Source of the DNA: a virus
Lineage: Duplodnaviria > Caudoviricetes
Reading direction: 5' to 3' (one strand)
DNA length: 34,201 bases
IMG/VR virus record: IMGVR_UViG_3300030376_001717
Span: 1 to 34,201 of that record
Shown here: positions 23,771-34,201 of the stretch, in pieces
Layout of the letters: each line of letters begins with the position of its first letter
Numbering within the stretch: position 1 is the first letter of the stretch
Translations under genes and position numbers: made by a program
The notes under the pieces: generated by a model
Database searches by the model: none
What the model saw: only the letters and a program-made list of their open reading frames with translations
What the model was told of the DNA's origin: nothing

Positions 23771-26700
23771 TTATTTATCCTTCATTTTATCAAGACTATT
23801 TAAGGCTTGTTTTGCAAAATTTATCATAAGTCTATACTGATTATCTATCAATTCTCTCTTCTCATCTGGAGTTAATTTAGTTCCATCAGCAAGCTCTTTA
23901 GTGTTATATATCTGTCTTATACTCTTGTCTAACTCTTTTATTGACTTCTTATAAGTCATCATAAATTTTTTATCATAAGGAGCAGTCTTTAAAACTTTTT
24001 CTAATTCTTCTATTTGACCTGTTTTCTTTAATAAGTCTATGTCGTTAAATGCTTTTTCTATAGGTTCAAGTTCCTCAAAAAATCTAGTTAAAGCAGTAGA
24101 GGAATAACCAGGCACATCTCTAACATCAAAGGCTCTTACTACTGGTATTTTAGATAAAGTATCTGTTGGTTTAATAGGGTCATCTATAATTTTAGCTTTG
24201 ATTAAAGCATAGTCTAAAATATCTAAAGCATATCTACCTAAACCACCTGTCCAAGACCTAAATACATTTTCTGCGTGAATAGGTTTCATTGCTAAAAAGC
24301 TGTCATCACCTACAATACCATTAACTATTTCAGAAAATAATTTAATCGTTTCAGAGGTATATTCTGTGTAATAAAATTTATTTGATAAATTTTTATCTAA
24401 AGATTTTGGTACTACAGGAGCATCTCTAAAAATACTGTAGTTTGCAAAATTTTCCATAAGTGGTCTTACAGATGTTGGAATAGGATAAAATCCTTTTGCA
24501 TTATTAATAAAAAATTGTTTTGCAAATCTACTCCATTCTTGAGGTTCGTTTGTTCTTACCCAATCTAAACTTTTTTCAATAACAGATGATACGAATGTTC
24601 CTACCTCAAATGGTTTTGGAAATCTGTAAGGTTTGTCATTTATTTTAAAATAATAATAATTTTGTTTTAACCACTCAGGCTCATCTCTATAATCCGCATC
24701 GTCATAGTTTAACATATAAAAACCTATTGTTGGTATAGCTACATAAGCACCAATCATAGCTGTAGTTCTTGCAGGTGTATCTCTAAAGGCTTCATATAAT
24801 CTTGTTAAACCTTGAACCCTTGCGTTCCAAAAGGGAACTAATCTATTTATATTTGTTCCTAACGATCCTCGTTTTGCATAATCTAAAAGATTTCTTGCTT
24901 CAAAACCTCCTCTTTCCATAGCTTGTTTTTCTGTTAAACCTTTTTCAATAGCTCTTTTATATGTTTTTTCAAATATTCTAAATCTTGTCATCTCCTCTGA
25001 TAATTGAGTTAATGCTCTAAATGGAGCTAATGGACCTCTATTAGAATTTCTTACTGGACCTTTAGAAAGGATATCATACACTTTACCATCAAAGATATTA
25101 GGTTTATCCACAGCAAGTAGAGTAGATTGCATACCTCCAGACTTCACATATTTTTTATACATTGCCATAGTTTTTTTATTATTACCTTTAGTAATAATAT
25201 TAAATGCTCCAATCACAGAATCTTGTATTGGAACAAAACCAACTTTATTTAAAAAACTAGCTTGCATAGTATCTCTAAAAAAGTTTGGTACAGCAAAGTC
25301 AGGTATTAATATTGCACCAGCTCTTAAAGTTCTAGCAGGAGCTCCTAAATAATTATAAAGCATATTTGAACCTTGTTGATCTAAAGTTGTAAAAGCAGTT
25401 TTAATATCTTTACCTACATCCCAAGTTTCTAATTTACCATCTCTTCTTACTGTCATTAAATCTTCTTTAGGTTTTTTAGTAGTTTTAGGATTTACTTTAT
25501 TAATAAATGGAAATGAATTAGGATCTTTCTTTTTAGTTTTTTCTACTAAATCTACAAAATTTATTTTAACTTTATTTCTTTCAACAGCATTAACAATAGT
25601 GTTGGTGTTCTTAACCATTTGTTCTAATGGTGGGTATACTCTTAATTTCGCACCTTTAATGGGTTTAAAAGGATTAACTGATCCTTCAGCTACAACTGGT
25701 TTACCATCTTGTATTAATTCTCTTGCAAAAGTAACATAATTTTTGTTCGCTTCTGTCATTGCTGTAAATGCTTCTTTAGTTATAAAACCACCATCACGAG
25801 CATATTCTAAAAGTTCTCTTTGATATTTGTCAGTTTGTTTAGCTTTTGCTTCAAAAGTTTTTTTATATTTATTAGTAAATTGTTTTGCTGTTTCAATATT
25901 AAAACCTGTTTCAATACCTCTATTATTTAATTCAATAGCTCTTCTATTTGATAAATAAGTTTCAAATAATTGTGTTTGATTCTTACCTTGTTTAACAATA
26001 TCTTTTGTTATTTCTTTTAATCCTAAACCTTTATCACCTAAAGTTTTTGCGTTTAAAGTATTATACTCAATAAAGTATGCTGCTCTATTTGGCATACCTT
26101 CCATAATTCTAGCTTGTTCATACAAATTTAATTTTTCAATACCAGTTTTAGTATTTACTTTTGCTTTTCTCATTGTTTCTAGTATTGGATATTTATTATC
26201 TATACCTTCAATAATAGATTTTCTTTTAACAGTTGATCCCATCTCTTTTAATCTTGCAAATGTTAAAGGCTCTACTCTTGGTTTTAATACTATATTTTCT
26301 GCAGCTTTATTTGCTAACTCATCTTTAAATATTTTATCAGGTTCTTTTATTTTTTTCTCTGGAGTTTTTCTTTCTAATAATTTTGCATAATCTCTAATAT
26401 ATGATCTCGAAGCAACATCTTCTAATATTCTTTTATTTGTTATAGCTTCATTAAATACTTGATTTGGTTTTTTACCTGTATCAATAAATATTTTTTTAGT
26501 TCTATCTTCCATAGTTTTTCTAGGTTGTACTGCACCTAGTCCACCAAATAAAACTGCTGAATAAGAAAATTCTTTTAAGGTAGGTAACTGACCATTAAGT
26601 GTAGCTCCAACACCTTCAAAAGCTGTTAGTTGTGAAGCAACTCTAGTTATATATTTGTCTGCTAGTTTTGTTCCACCCACTCTTAATTGTGGAGCAATAG

Positions 26701-27397
26701 CTGTAGCTGCAAATGTTAAACCTTGTTTTGCACCTTCTTTTAATCCTTCTTGTAAAAAATTTTTAAGAATAGTAACTGGCTCTCCATAGGATTGTTGTTC
26801 TAAACCTTTTACTATAGTAGCTCGTGCAGCACCTGGAATAGCACCAGCGGCAACAGCACCTGGTATTGGACCACCTGCAAGATTTCCACCAAGAAAACTT
26901 AAACCATAAATAGGAAGTTCTAAACCGATTGTTGTTCCTCTTTCTAATAAACCTTCAAACCATGTATAATCTTCAGGTTCAGGATTAAGCAATTCTTCTG
27001 ACAAACCTTCTCCCTTTGCTAATCTTGTTGTCATATCATAAAGAGTTTTTCCATAACCTCTTTTTAATATTGCATCACCATCAAATTGTTTACCCACCAC
27101 AACTTCTTTTAATGTTAAAGGATCGCCTTCCTGTATCTTAGATTGATAAAGCATCTCATCATCAGGAGATACTATTTCTTCAGTTTCATACTCATTAATA
27201 ATTTGTTTTTTTATATCTGAAAAATAATCTTGATAAACTTTTTTATTATTATTGGTTGTGCCAAAGGCTTCTAATATTTCTTGATTATTAAAACCAGCAC
27301 CATTTAACTTTTGTATTTTTTCTTTTTTCCAATCAGCTATTTCTTTTTGGCTAAATCCAGCATCATTAAGTTTTTGTTCTCTTTCTGCTAAATTCAT
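23771..27397 (-). CDS. Large internal virion (ejection) protein with LPD38-like C-terminal domain
   Basis: 1208 aa; PNFFRD, VPFWNARVQG and FPKPFEVG motifs; T7 gp16-equivalent position. Confidence 0.7.
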   Translation of the reverse strand: MNLAEREQKLNDAGFSQKEIADWKKEKIQKLNGAGFNNQEILEAFGTTNNNKKVYQDYFSDIKKQIINEYETEEIVSPDDEMLYQSKIQEGDPLTLKEVVVGKQFDGDAILKRGYGKTLYDMTTRLAKGEGLSEELLNPEPEDYTWFEGLLERGTTIGLELPIYGLSFLGGNLAGGPIPGAVAAGAIPGAARATIVKGLEQQSYGEPVTILKNFLQEGLKEGAKQGLTFAATAIAPQLRVGGTKLADKYITRVASQLTAFEGVGATLNGQLPTLKEFSYSAVLFGGLGAVQPRKTMEDRTKKIFIDTGKKPNQVFNEAITNKRILEDVASRSYIRDYAKLLERKTPEKKIKEPDKIFKDELANKAAENIVLKPRVEPLTFARLKEMGSTVKRKSIIEGIDNKYPILETMRKAKVNTKTGIEKLNLYEQARIMEGMPNRAAYFIEYNTLNAKTLGDKGLGLKEITKDIVKQGKNQTQLFETYLSNRRAIELNNRGIETGFNIETAKQFTNKYKKTFEAKAKQTDKYQRELLEYARDGGFITKEAFTAMTEANKNYVTFARELIQDGKPVVAEGSVNPFKPIKGAKLRVYPPLEQMVKNTNTIVNAVERNKVKINFVDLVEKTKKKDPNSFPFINKVNPKTTKKPKEDLMTVRRDGKLETWDVGKDIKTAFTTLDQQGSNMLYNYLGAPARTLRAGAILIPDFAVPNFFRDTMQASFLNKVGFVPIQDSVIGAFNIITKGNNKKTMAMYKKYVKSGGMQSTLLAVDKPNIFDGKVYDILSKGPVRNSNRGPLAPFRALTQLSEEMTRFRIFEKTYKRAIEKGLTEKQAMERGGFEARNLLDYAKRGSLGTNINRLVPFWNARVQGLTRLYEAFRDTPARTTAMIGAYVAIPTIGFYMLNYDDADYRDEPEWLKQNYYYFKINDKPYRFPKPFEVGTFVSSVIEKSLDWVRTNEPQEWSRFAKQFFINNAKGFYPIPTSVRPLMENFANYSIFRDAPVVPKSLDKNLSNKFYYTEYTSETIKLFSEIVNGIVGDDSFLAMKPIHAENVFRSWTGGLGRYALDILDYALIKAKIIDDPIKPTDTLSKIPVVRAFDVRDVPGYSSTALTRFFEELEPIEKAFNDIDLLKKTGQIEELEKVLKTAPYDKKFMMTYKKSIKELDKSIRQIYNTKELADGTKLTPDEKRELIDNQYRLMINFAKQALNSLDKMKDK

Positions 27398-28893
27398 TTT
27401 ACTCCTAATGTTCTTGCATCGTATTCTGAAGCTGTTTCATTAGGTAGTCTTTCAGGTACTTCTTTAACTGGAGATTCTTCAGCAATAGATTGTACTATAC
27501 TTGATAAATCAGAAGTTTTAGGTAAAACATTTTTTATATCTTTAGCAATATAATTTGTAGAATTAGGAGATAATAAATCTGAAATATCTACTCCTGCTCT
27601 TAAACCATCAATATATCTTTTATAATATACTTGTCTTAAATTACTAGCTTTAGAATTATACTCTTTATCAAAGTAACTTAAAAAAACATTACCTTGTAAT
27701 AAAGGTGTAAGATTATTAAACCATTTTAAATATTCTTTATCTTGATTAGCAAATGTATTATTAAAAGACCTAGAAGTTATTGTGCTTAAAAAATTAAGAT
27801 CATTGTCATTAATAGAACCATCTCCTGCTCTTTCTAAAATACTTTTAGGTTCTTTTTCTCCTTCAAGTAAAAAACCATCTTTAGTATTTTTAATTTCTCC
27901 TAGATTAATTTTATCAACAATACTTGAATTAGTATTATAATTAGAATTAAAACTAAATTGATTTAGATTAATTTTATCATTAAGAATAGTAATTTGTTTA
28001 TCATAATTTACATCTCCTGTTTTAAATGTTTGAAGTTCTTGTTCGCTTAATCCAAAAACTTTGTCATGATTTGTTCCTTTTAATCTATCAACTAATTCTT
28101 TAGTTTTTTTATTAATGATTTCACTATTACTATATTCAAGAAGTTTTCCATCAAATACAGCTTTCTTTCTAACTTCTGTAATAAGTGTATCTCTTTCTTT
28201 TCCTGTAATCTGTGAAAAGTTATTTGGATCGTTTAAAAGAACAGCAGCACCTGCTGCATTAGTTTGAGCAATTTTTCTAACTTGCGATATTTCTACAAGA
28301 GCTGGAAAGTTCTTTTTATAAGCATTATAGTTTTCTTCGCTAATAATTCCATCTGTTACCAATCCTTTATAGTCAGTAAGTGCAGATTTAGATAAAATAT
28401 CAAATTGCAATTTATTACCAGAAGATACAGCATTTAATATATCAGATGCAACTTTTTGTTCTACTTGTCCTACTCGAGTTGTAACTAAATTGTCTCTTGT
28501 TTTTTTTAAAATATTATTAACGTATACATTTTTATTTTGAGATAATAATATATCAAAAGTATTAGCAACATTTTTATTAGATGCTTGTGCTTTATATTTT
28601 TGTTTAATGGTTTGAAATTTTTCATTAAAATAATCTACACCATCTTGAGGAGTAGATTTTAATTCAGCTTGTTCTGCGGCATTAAATATTTCTACAGTTG
28701 CGTCTGCATTTAATTCACCAGCTTTTACTTTTGTTTCAATAGCTTTTTCTTTTACATAATAATCTTCAGCTGCTTTTCCTATTGGTCTTAAAGCTGCTGC
28801 TATATTTTGTCTAGGATCAATTTGTATATTAGAAGTTACACTAGCCGCTTCTCCAGTTAATCTAGCTCTTGATGTAAACGTAGGTATCTTCAT
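27394..28893 (-). CDS. Internal virion protein (gp15-like position)
   Basis: MKIPT start, helical 499 aa, synteny. Confidence 0.6.
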   Translation of the reverse strand: MKIPTFTSRARLTGEAASVTSNIQIDPRQNIAAALRPIGKAAEDYYVKEKAIETKVKAGELNADATVEIFNAAEQAELKSTPQDGVDYFNEKFQTIKQKYKAQASNKNVANTFDILLSQNKNVYVNNILKKTRDNLVTTRVGQVEQKVASDILNAVSSGNKLQFDILSKSALTDYKGLVTDGIISEENYNAYKKNFPALVEISQVRKIAQTNAAGAAVLLNDPNNFSQITGKERDTLITEVRKKAVFDGKLLEYSNSEIINKKTKELVDRLKGTNHDKVFGLSEQELQTFKTGDVNYDKQITILNDKINLNQFSFNSNYNTNSSIVDKINLGEIKNTKDGFLLEGEKEPKSILERAGDGSINDNDLNFLSTITSRSFNNTFANQDKEYLKWFNNLTPLLQGNVFLSYFDKEYNSKASNLRQVYYKRYIDGLRAGVDISDLLSPNSTNYIAKDIKNVLPKTSDLSSIVQSIAEESPVKEVPERLPNETASEYDARTLGVK

Positions 28894-29324
28894 CCAGCAG
28901 TTCCTATTCTAAGTAAACTTTCACCAGCTTTAGCATAGTAACCTAGTTCAGCAATTCTTGCTTGTTGTCTAGCAATGTTACCTTGTATTCTAGCAAAGTT
29001 AGCTTCTTCCATTTTTTGTGATTGTGCAACTTGAGAATTATAAGTTAATACATCTTTTTCTGTTTCTGCTTGTTCAGCATTATATCTTAAAACATTTAAT
29101 ACACTTCCTGATCTTTCTGCACCTGATACTGCAGAAGCTACTTTTGTTTGTCCTACTAACTGTTGATATGATTTATCAAATTTTGCAATATCAAATTCTG
29201 TTTGTTGTTTAATAGCTTGAGCTTCTTGTTCTTTAACTTTAGCATTACGATTCATTACAGCTTGATTGTATTTACCAAGTGCGGATGCTTGTTGTCCTGC
29301 TGCTATATCAAATACAAAACTCAT
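28890..29324 (-). CDS. Internal virion protein (gp14-like)
   Basis: Ala/Gln-rich helix with G...V..A.SG....GS motif; synteny. Confidence 0.65.
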   Translation of the reverse strand: MSFVFDIAAGQQASALGKYNQAVMNRNAKVKEQEAQAIKQQTEFDIAKFDKSYQQLVGQTKVASAVSGAERSGSVLNVLRYNAEQAETEKDVLTYNSQVAQSQKMEEANFARIQGNIARQQARIAELGYYAKAGESLLRIGTAG

Positions 29325-29779
29325 TAAAAAATCCTCGCATATCTGAAGTGATCTGAACCATCAAAACCATAATGTTTCATCAATCCTTCGTTTTGTAAAC
29401 CAAGCCATGAAGCAAACTTTAAACCTATTTTAAAGTCAGCTCTTACAGCTGTTTGTACTCTTTTTATATTATTTTCTTTTGCTAGTCTTGCAAAATTTTT
29501 CTTAATAGCTCTAGCAATAACTAGTGGGTGATTCCAAACCTTATTTGTTGCCAACACCCAACCTTCTGCCACACCATCCCAAATGATTTTCATACCTGCA
29601 GATGCAATAGGTTCATCATTAATAATACAAGTATAAGCTAAACCATTCTGTTCTAATTGCATAGCATCGCCTTCGTATTGTGCATCTTTATCCATAAGAA
29701 CGTGGTTCATTTGATTAGCAAGAATGATCTTACCATGAGTTGAGATATAAGGCACTATTTGTAATAAATTTTTAGTCAT
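29324..29779 (-). CDS. GNAT-fold acetyltransferase-like virion protein (gp13-like position)
   Basis: W.GVAEGW, KRVQTAV...FA.WLG...EG.M..YG.DG. Confidence 0.7.
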   Translation of the reverse strand: MTKNLLQIVPYISTHGKIILANQMNHVLMDKDAQYEGDAMQLEQNGLAYTCIINDEPIASAGMKIIWDGVAEGWVLATNKVWNHPLVIARAIKKNFARLAKENNIKRVQTAVRADFKIGLKFASWLGLQNEGLMKHYGFDGSDHFRYARIF

Positions 29780-32030
29780 TCGTTTGTAGTTCTGGGTATA
29801 AAGATAATATTGTTAAAGGTAAAGGTTGAGTTTGTCTAACAAAAATAAAACCATCAGTATCATAATTACCTCTAAACTCCACAGCTTTATCTCCTGTAAA
29901 TGGTGGTATACCTTGATCCATAGGGTCAGCTGATGTTCTAAAAGGTATTCGTTCCATGTTATCTAAAGATTCACCAACCTCAACACCAACAGACTCATAA
30001 AGTCTTATAGTAATCTCGTATATTCTTTTAGTCTTACCTTGTGATGTACCATTCTGTGAACCAGCATCAAGTCTCATGGTTTGTAAGATTGAGCTATAAC
30101 TTAAACCCACCTTAACACTAGTCGAAGAACGATCTAATGTTATAGATCCATTTGATACTGTTTTGTCAGGATGTGTTGCACCATTAGCTAAAATTGAAAC
30201 TGTTTGTCCTTCAAGATGATCTAAGCCTGAAATCGTTGTAACTGCCGAACCACTATAAGCTAAAGCACTATCTAAAAAATTAAATGTTGTGTTATCTGTT
30301 TCTGTAAAATCAAAGTTATTAATGTACTCTACAAATCTTCTTGTAGCACCATTAATGGTTCTTTTAACAATAACATAAACTTCATACTCCGTATCGTCTG
30401 TAGGTATAACAGCTACACTTTCACATACGGCTTTACCTGATCCAAACACACCACCAAAGATATGTCTATGCCATGCTGTAACTTGTTGTTCTCTTTGATA
30501 GGTTAAACCTATAAGTTCACCATCACCTCTTACAGCATAAATAACTTGATTAGGTTCTTGTTGATATGCCATTTGTGTTAGTCCACCTTCACTAATATGT
30601 TCAGCAAGTATCGTCATGTCAGGTGCAATGTAACCATCAACATCAAAGTTATAAGCTAACTCTCTAATTTTTCTTTTAGCTCTTTGTAAAAATAATGTTG
30701 CGTTACCTACAGCTATAGCATCTACATTAGCTGCACCATGATTAGATTGTTTTTTAATTAATATATTTGTAGGGGTAATTGCATTATCTGTACCTCCACC
30801 TGAAACTGTAAACTCACCACCCGCTGTACCAATAATTAAAGTTCTTGTAGCAGTCATAAACCGAATAGCATTTACTTGGTTCGATGCGATGGTATAAATA
30901 ATTGCATCGTCATCAGCTATTGTACCACCAATGTTTGCATCCATATTTTCATAATCACCTGACTTTGAAAAGAATATGGTTTGAGGTTGATTCGTTGTAC
31001 CTGCAAATACTAATCGTTGTTCAAAAAAAGTAACACAAGAAGGATGTCCTGTGGTATCTGAAAAAGCTCCTAGTCTCCAATCTGCTGTAGCACTAGCACC
31101 CGATAAAGCTACTAAAATTTCTATTGTTGCATTAGTCGTATCAGTCACACCTGTTATCTTTGCATAACCTCCACTTAAAAAAACAAACCTACCAACATCT
31201 GTAGCAAGAAAACCTGAACCACTATTAATACCTGTAACTGCAGAAGCAACTAAAGCTATACCTGTACCTACTGCAGATTGACCAGGATTTAAAGTTGTTG
31301 TTGTTATATTAGCATCTTGCATTGGTCCTTTAGTAAAATCAACATCAGTTAAGGTCCAAGCAGTATGACCAGTACGAGATAATTTTTCTACCTCGTGTTC
31401 AGGATGTGTGATGTACATAACGTCTGCCGATTGTGCAAATTTTAAATCAAAGAGTTGTGCAGTTGTGTAAGGTGTTGTGATTTCAAAAACTTTATTAGAT
31501 ACTCCACCAGAAGTATAAGTTGTAAATGAAGAACTATTTATATTCGTTCCATCTTTATTTGTTAATTGAAATGTATTAGTTGTTTTACCTGCAACTAAAA
31601 ATCTTTTACCATTAACTTCTGTCATGCCAACCACACCACTAATAACAACTTCATCGCCATTAGAATAATTATGACCTGTTGCTGTTACCACAGCTGGATT
31701 AGCTTTAGTAATTGCAGAAATAGTTTTATCTCCCTCTAATACAGAACCACGATCTTTATATACTCTCATTTTTAAATTAGAAAACTCAAGCATATACGTT
31801 TGCGTTGTAGAAAATTCAAAAGGGATTAATCTTGTTTTGTTAGCACTATTAGCAACTTCAGCTACAAAAGTTGTGCCTGGTCTCCTTGCTGCAGCACCAT
31901 GAGGATAGACAACAAAGTTCTCTAATGTTTTACATCCTGAAGCATACTTAGTTAAATCGTTTCGACCATCTAATCGTGGTGATAACTCTCCACCTGTAAA
32001 GTTTGTAAGCTGTGCAGCAACTCGTGCCAT
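29772..32030 (-). CDS. Tail tubular protein B (nozzle)
   Basis: NFTGGELSP, RRPGT, RLIPFEFS, QSADV, P.CV.FFEQRL and AWHRH motifs. Confidence 0.9.
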   Translation of the reverse strand: MARVAAQLTNFTGGELSPRLDGRNDLTKYASGCKTLENFVVYPHGAAARRPGTTFVAEVANSANKTRLIPFEFSTTQTYMLEFSNLKMRVYKDRGSVLEGDKTISAITKANPAVVTATGHNYSNGDEVVISGVVGMTEVNGKRFLVAGKTTNTFQLTNKDGTNINSSSFTTYTSGGVSNKVFEITTPYTTAQLFDLKFAQSADVMYITHPEHEVEKLSRTGHTAWTLTDVDFTKGPMQDANITTTTLNPGQSAVGTGIALVASAVTGINSGSGFLATDVGRFVFLSGGYAKITGVTDTTNATIEILVALSGASATADWRLGAFSDTTGHPSCVTFFEQRLVFAGTTNQPQTIFFSKSGDYENMDANIGGTIADDDAIIYTIASNQVNAIRFMTATRTLIIGTAGGEFTVSGGGTDNAITPTNILIKKQSNHGAANVDAIAVGNATLFLQRAKRKIRELAYNFDVDGYIAPDMTILAEHISEGGLTQMAYQQEPNQVIYAVRGDGELIGLTYQREQQVTAWHRHIFGGVFGSGKAVCESVAVIPTDDTEYEVYVIVKRTINGATRRFVEYINNFDFTETDNTTFNFLDSALAYSGSAVTTISGLDHLEGQTVSILANGATHPDKTVSNGSITLDRSSTSVKVGLSYSSILQTMRLDAGSQNGTSQGKTKRIYEITIRLYESVGVEVGESLDNMERIPFRTSADPMDQGIPPFTGDKAVEFRGNYDTDGFIFVRQTQPLPLTILSLYPELQTND

Positions 32031-32033
32031 AGT

Positions 32034-32615
32034 TTAATACCTTGAGTTAATAAAGGTACTAGCTTCTATTGCGTCTGTCATTCCAAGATCAGGTGAATTG
32101 TTTTGACCTTCAGTTGCATCTACAAACCTAGCATCCCTTAATTTATCTTGAAACAGTTGATACATATTTTGAGTTACAGGATTAGATGATGTAACTCCAT
32201 AAGCAATATCTGCTCCTAATGCTGCAGATAAAGTTTCTCTTAATAGTTCATCGTATTCATTAGGATCTGTAATTCTTGCTATGTATAAAATTTTCATAGA
32301 AGAAGCATTACTTAAAATCTTTCTGCCTTCTACTTTGTGATCTAAATCGTAATCTAATATTCTTAATAATCTTAAACAGTCAGCAGGTAATGTATATTGA
32401 CTTGAAAAACCCCAAGCAGGTTTATCTGTATCTGCTGCTAGTTCTACTCTCTTCTGTAAACAGTTCCAAGGATGTGATCTGAATAATGAATCTCTAACTT
32501 GTGTGTATCTTGAATTGCACAACCTTGCGTTCTTTGAATCTTCTGTAAGTGATAGGATAGTAGTTGCTCCTAATTGGTTTAATGCTCCGTTACAAATGTC
32601 TACTACTGATGCCAT
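32034..32615 (-). CDS. Tail tubular protein A (adaptor)
   Basis: MASVVDICNGAL..LG, HPWN and Y.LPADCLR; start moved to 32615. Confidence 0.88.
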   Translation of the reverse strand: MASVVDICNGALNQLGATTILSLTEDSKNARLCNSRYTQVRDSLFRSHPWNCLQKRVELAADTDKPAWGFSSQYTLPADCLRLLRILDYDLDHKVEGRKILSNASSMKILYIARITDPNEYDELLRETLSAALGADIAYGVTSSNPVTQNMYQLFQDKLRDARFVDATEGQNNSPDLGMTDAIEASTFINSRY

Positions 32616-32814
32616 ATTTTTTCCAAATGTCCTTATGAGAAAGATCAACTTCATCTTTCTTTTTTTTAGTTAATTCGTTGATATTACCTATATCAATTTT
32701 TTCAACTAAAGCATATCTATAAATCTTATTATCCGTTCCCCATTCAAAATGCAATAGAAGTCTAGGCTCTTTGTAAATGTTTATGAGTCTTGGATCAAAT
32801 CTTGCTCTTGTCAT
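32590..32814 (-). CDS. Hypothetical protein
   Basis: 74 aa ORF between the terminator and tail tube A. Confidence 0.55.
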   Translation of the reverse strand: MTRARFDPRLINIYKEPRLLLHFEWGTDNKIYRYALVEKIDIGNINELTKKKKDEVDLSHKDIWKKYGISSRHL

Positions 32815-32844
32815 GAAAGAAAGATGGGGGATTACTCCCCCACC
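32815..32844 (-). terminator. Intrinsic terminator after the capsid/decoration genes
   Basis: Minus strand GGTGGGGGA-GTAA-TCCCCCATC followed by TTTCTTTC. Confidence 0.8.
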
Positions 32845-32855
32845 TAATTTAATTA

Positions 32856-33305
32856 TTAGTCAATAGCATATAACATTTGCAACTGAATAGTACCAGTACC
32901 ATTAGCACCTGCTAATGTAACTGTAACTGGAACACCATCTTTGTCGGCATCTGTTACTGCATTTTTGTCTAATGCAATTGTGTCTAACACCGCTACACTT
33001 TCTGCTGATGTTGATGCTGCTGCAGCTTTGTATTGATCTACGTCTGCTGTGACAGCTGTGTCATCTGCTTTGTTGTGTGCTGCGTAACCTACAGAAATTG
33101 TAGTAGATGAACCTAAGGCATCGTATGCTACTGTTCCTGATAAAAGTCTCGCACCATTTGGTATGCTAAACATATGTATTGTTGATTGTTCTGCACTCGC
33201 TTCATATTCAGCAAAAGCTATTCTCACTCTACCTGCGAGTTCGTTAGTTTTTACTTTTTCAGAAGGAGTCGAAGCAATCTTCGCTTGTTGTATTGAGTTT
33301 GCCAT
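32856..33305 (-). CDS. Capsid decoration/cement-like protein
   Basis: 149 aa beta-rich protein (GRVR, IPNGARL, ISVG) directly after the major capsid gene; AGGAAGGA RBS. Confidence 0.6.
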   Translation of the reverse strand: MANSIQQAKIASTPSEKVKTNELAGRVRIAFAEYEASAEQSTIHMFSIPNGARLLSGTVAYDALGSSTTISVGYAAHNKADDTAVTADVDQYKAAAASTSAESVAVLDTIALDKNAVTDADKDGVPVTVTLAGANGTGTIQLQMLYAID

Positions 33306-33323
33306 AATTATTTATCCTTCCTA

Positions 33324-34187
33324 TTATGCTTCGTGTGCTTGAACTTCTACCACTTTTTCTTCTTCCATTCTTGTTGCTCCAATGCTCATGCAGTAGTAAA
33401 CTTGAGTCGCATACGATTTGTCTGCTCTTTCGTCTATTCTTGCATTAACATCTTTACCAACTCCTAATGCAATGCCGTCTGATGCGAAGGCAATACATTT
33501 TCTTTTAGAAGATGCGATAGATAGTCTGTTTGATACTATAAAGTTAAAACCTAAGAACGAGTTGATTTCACCATTAGCCAATGCTTTGACTGTGTTAAAA
33601 TCTGAACTTGTTACTTCAGTTGTACCTAATAGGTCAGTGATTTGTCTAGGTGACACTATGATATGTCTAGCGATAGACGGGTCTACACTTGCTAAATCGA
33701 ACTTTTCTTTTGCAGTTCTTAATTTTGCAATCGTCAAACCATCAGTACCTGACTCAGTAATTTTCTGAGCTGAAGGTAAAGCAGTTGATGTTGATCCTGT
33801 TTCGCCAGTAAACGCAGTACCTAGAGCAGCACTGATTACTACATCATCCATAGCTCTTCCCATTGCCATAGCAGCGGCTTGAGCATAAGATGAAGTCGGG
33901 TCTATTAAGAGTCTTACTTTGTCTTGTTGATCTATTAGATCAGCAAATTCATAATCAGCTAATGATACTCTTCTTCTTGCGTGAGGTGTATCAATTTGCG
34001 GAGTGTCTGAATGTCTGCTAGTTTTTACAACTGCAGTTACTGAGCCAACCTGATCGAAGAAAGCATTTTTTCCTGTAACGCTTTCAAGTCTGACTTTGTC
34101 TCTTAATAACGATCCCATTTGTTGAGATAGCATTTGTATGTTAGCAGAATACTGCTGTACAAAAGCTGTAGTTATTTGTGATGACAT
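33324..34187 (-). CDS. Major capsid protein
   Basis: AFVQQY...LSQQMGS.LR, AMAMGRAMDD, SSDFN..KAL..GE...FLGFNF and GATRMEE.KV; GGAG RBS. Confidence 0.93.
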   Translation of the reverse strand: MSSQITTAFVQQYSANIQMLSQQMGSLLRDKVRLESVTGKNAFFDQVGSVTAVVKTSRHSDTPQIDTPHARRRVSLADYEFADLIDQQDKVRLLIDPTSSYAQAAAMAMGRAMDDVVISAALGTAFTGETGSTSTALPSAQKITESGTDGLTIAKLRTAKEKFDLASVDPSIARHIIVSPRQITDLLGTTEVTSSDFNTVKALANGEINSFLGFNFIVSNRLSIASSKRKCIAFASDGIALGVGKDVNARIDERADKSYATQVYYCMSIGATRMEEEKVVEVQAHEA

Positions 34188-34201
34188 AATTGTCTCTCCA
34201 T
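34095..34201. repeat. 107-bp terminal direct repeat, right copy
   Basis: Identical to 1-107. Confidence 0.95.

Noticed and set aside
949-33768. Other short antisense ORFs in the track (e.g. 949-1209, 3904-4089, 12709-12963, 16379-16678, 33418-33768)
   Set aside because: They lie opposite well-supported genes and show no recognisable motifs.

Overview
The window looks like one complete, AT-rich phage genome of about 34.1 kb. Bases 1-107 are identical to 34095-34201, which suggests a circularised assembly with a 34,094 bp unit. Gene content is that of a short-tailed podovirus of the BPP-1/pelagiphage HTVC010P type; the marine SAR11/alphaproteobacterial host is inferred, not shown. A long minus-strand late operon wraps across the junction: terminase large subunit, portal, scaffold, capsid, tail tube A/B, internal virion proteins, tail fibre, lectin-like tail proteins, M15 endolysin, holin and many tiny basic proteins. 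A divergent control region at about 11.2 kb drives two operons. Leftward: Cro-like HTH, SET-domain protein, C5 DNA methyltransferase, nuclease-like protein, replication initiator, terS. Rightward: exonuclease, Rad52/Sak-like annealase, DUF3310, DnaA-domain-IV protein. A small plus-strand cassette (5960-7326) sits between terS and terL. I found no integrase, RNA polymerase, DNA polymerase, helicase, tRNA or CRISPR array. Most notable: (1) a C5 methyltransferase apparently split over two fully overlapping frames, M.EcoHK31I-like, with motif IX and three PTP repeats in the nested frame; (2) a T7 Ocr-like acidic DNA mimic as first gene of the putative early cassette; (3) a phage DnaA-domain-IV protein plus two inverted DnaA boxes at the divergent promoter; (4) a minimal SET methyltransferase; (5) several structured intergenic elements. 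All family calls come from motif recognition by eye; no searches were run.
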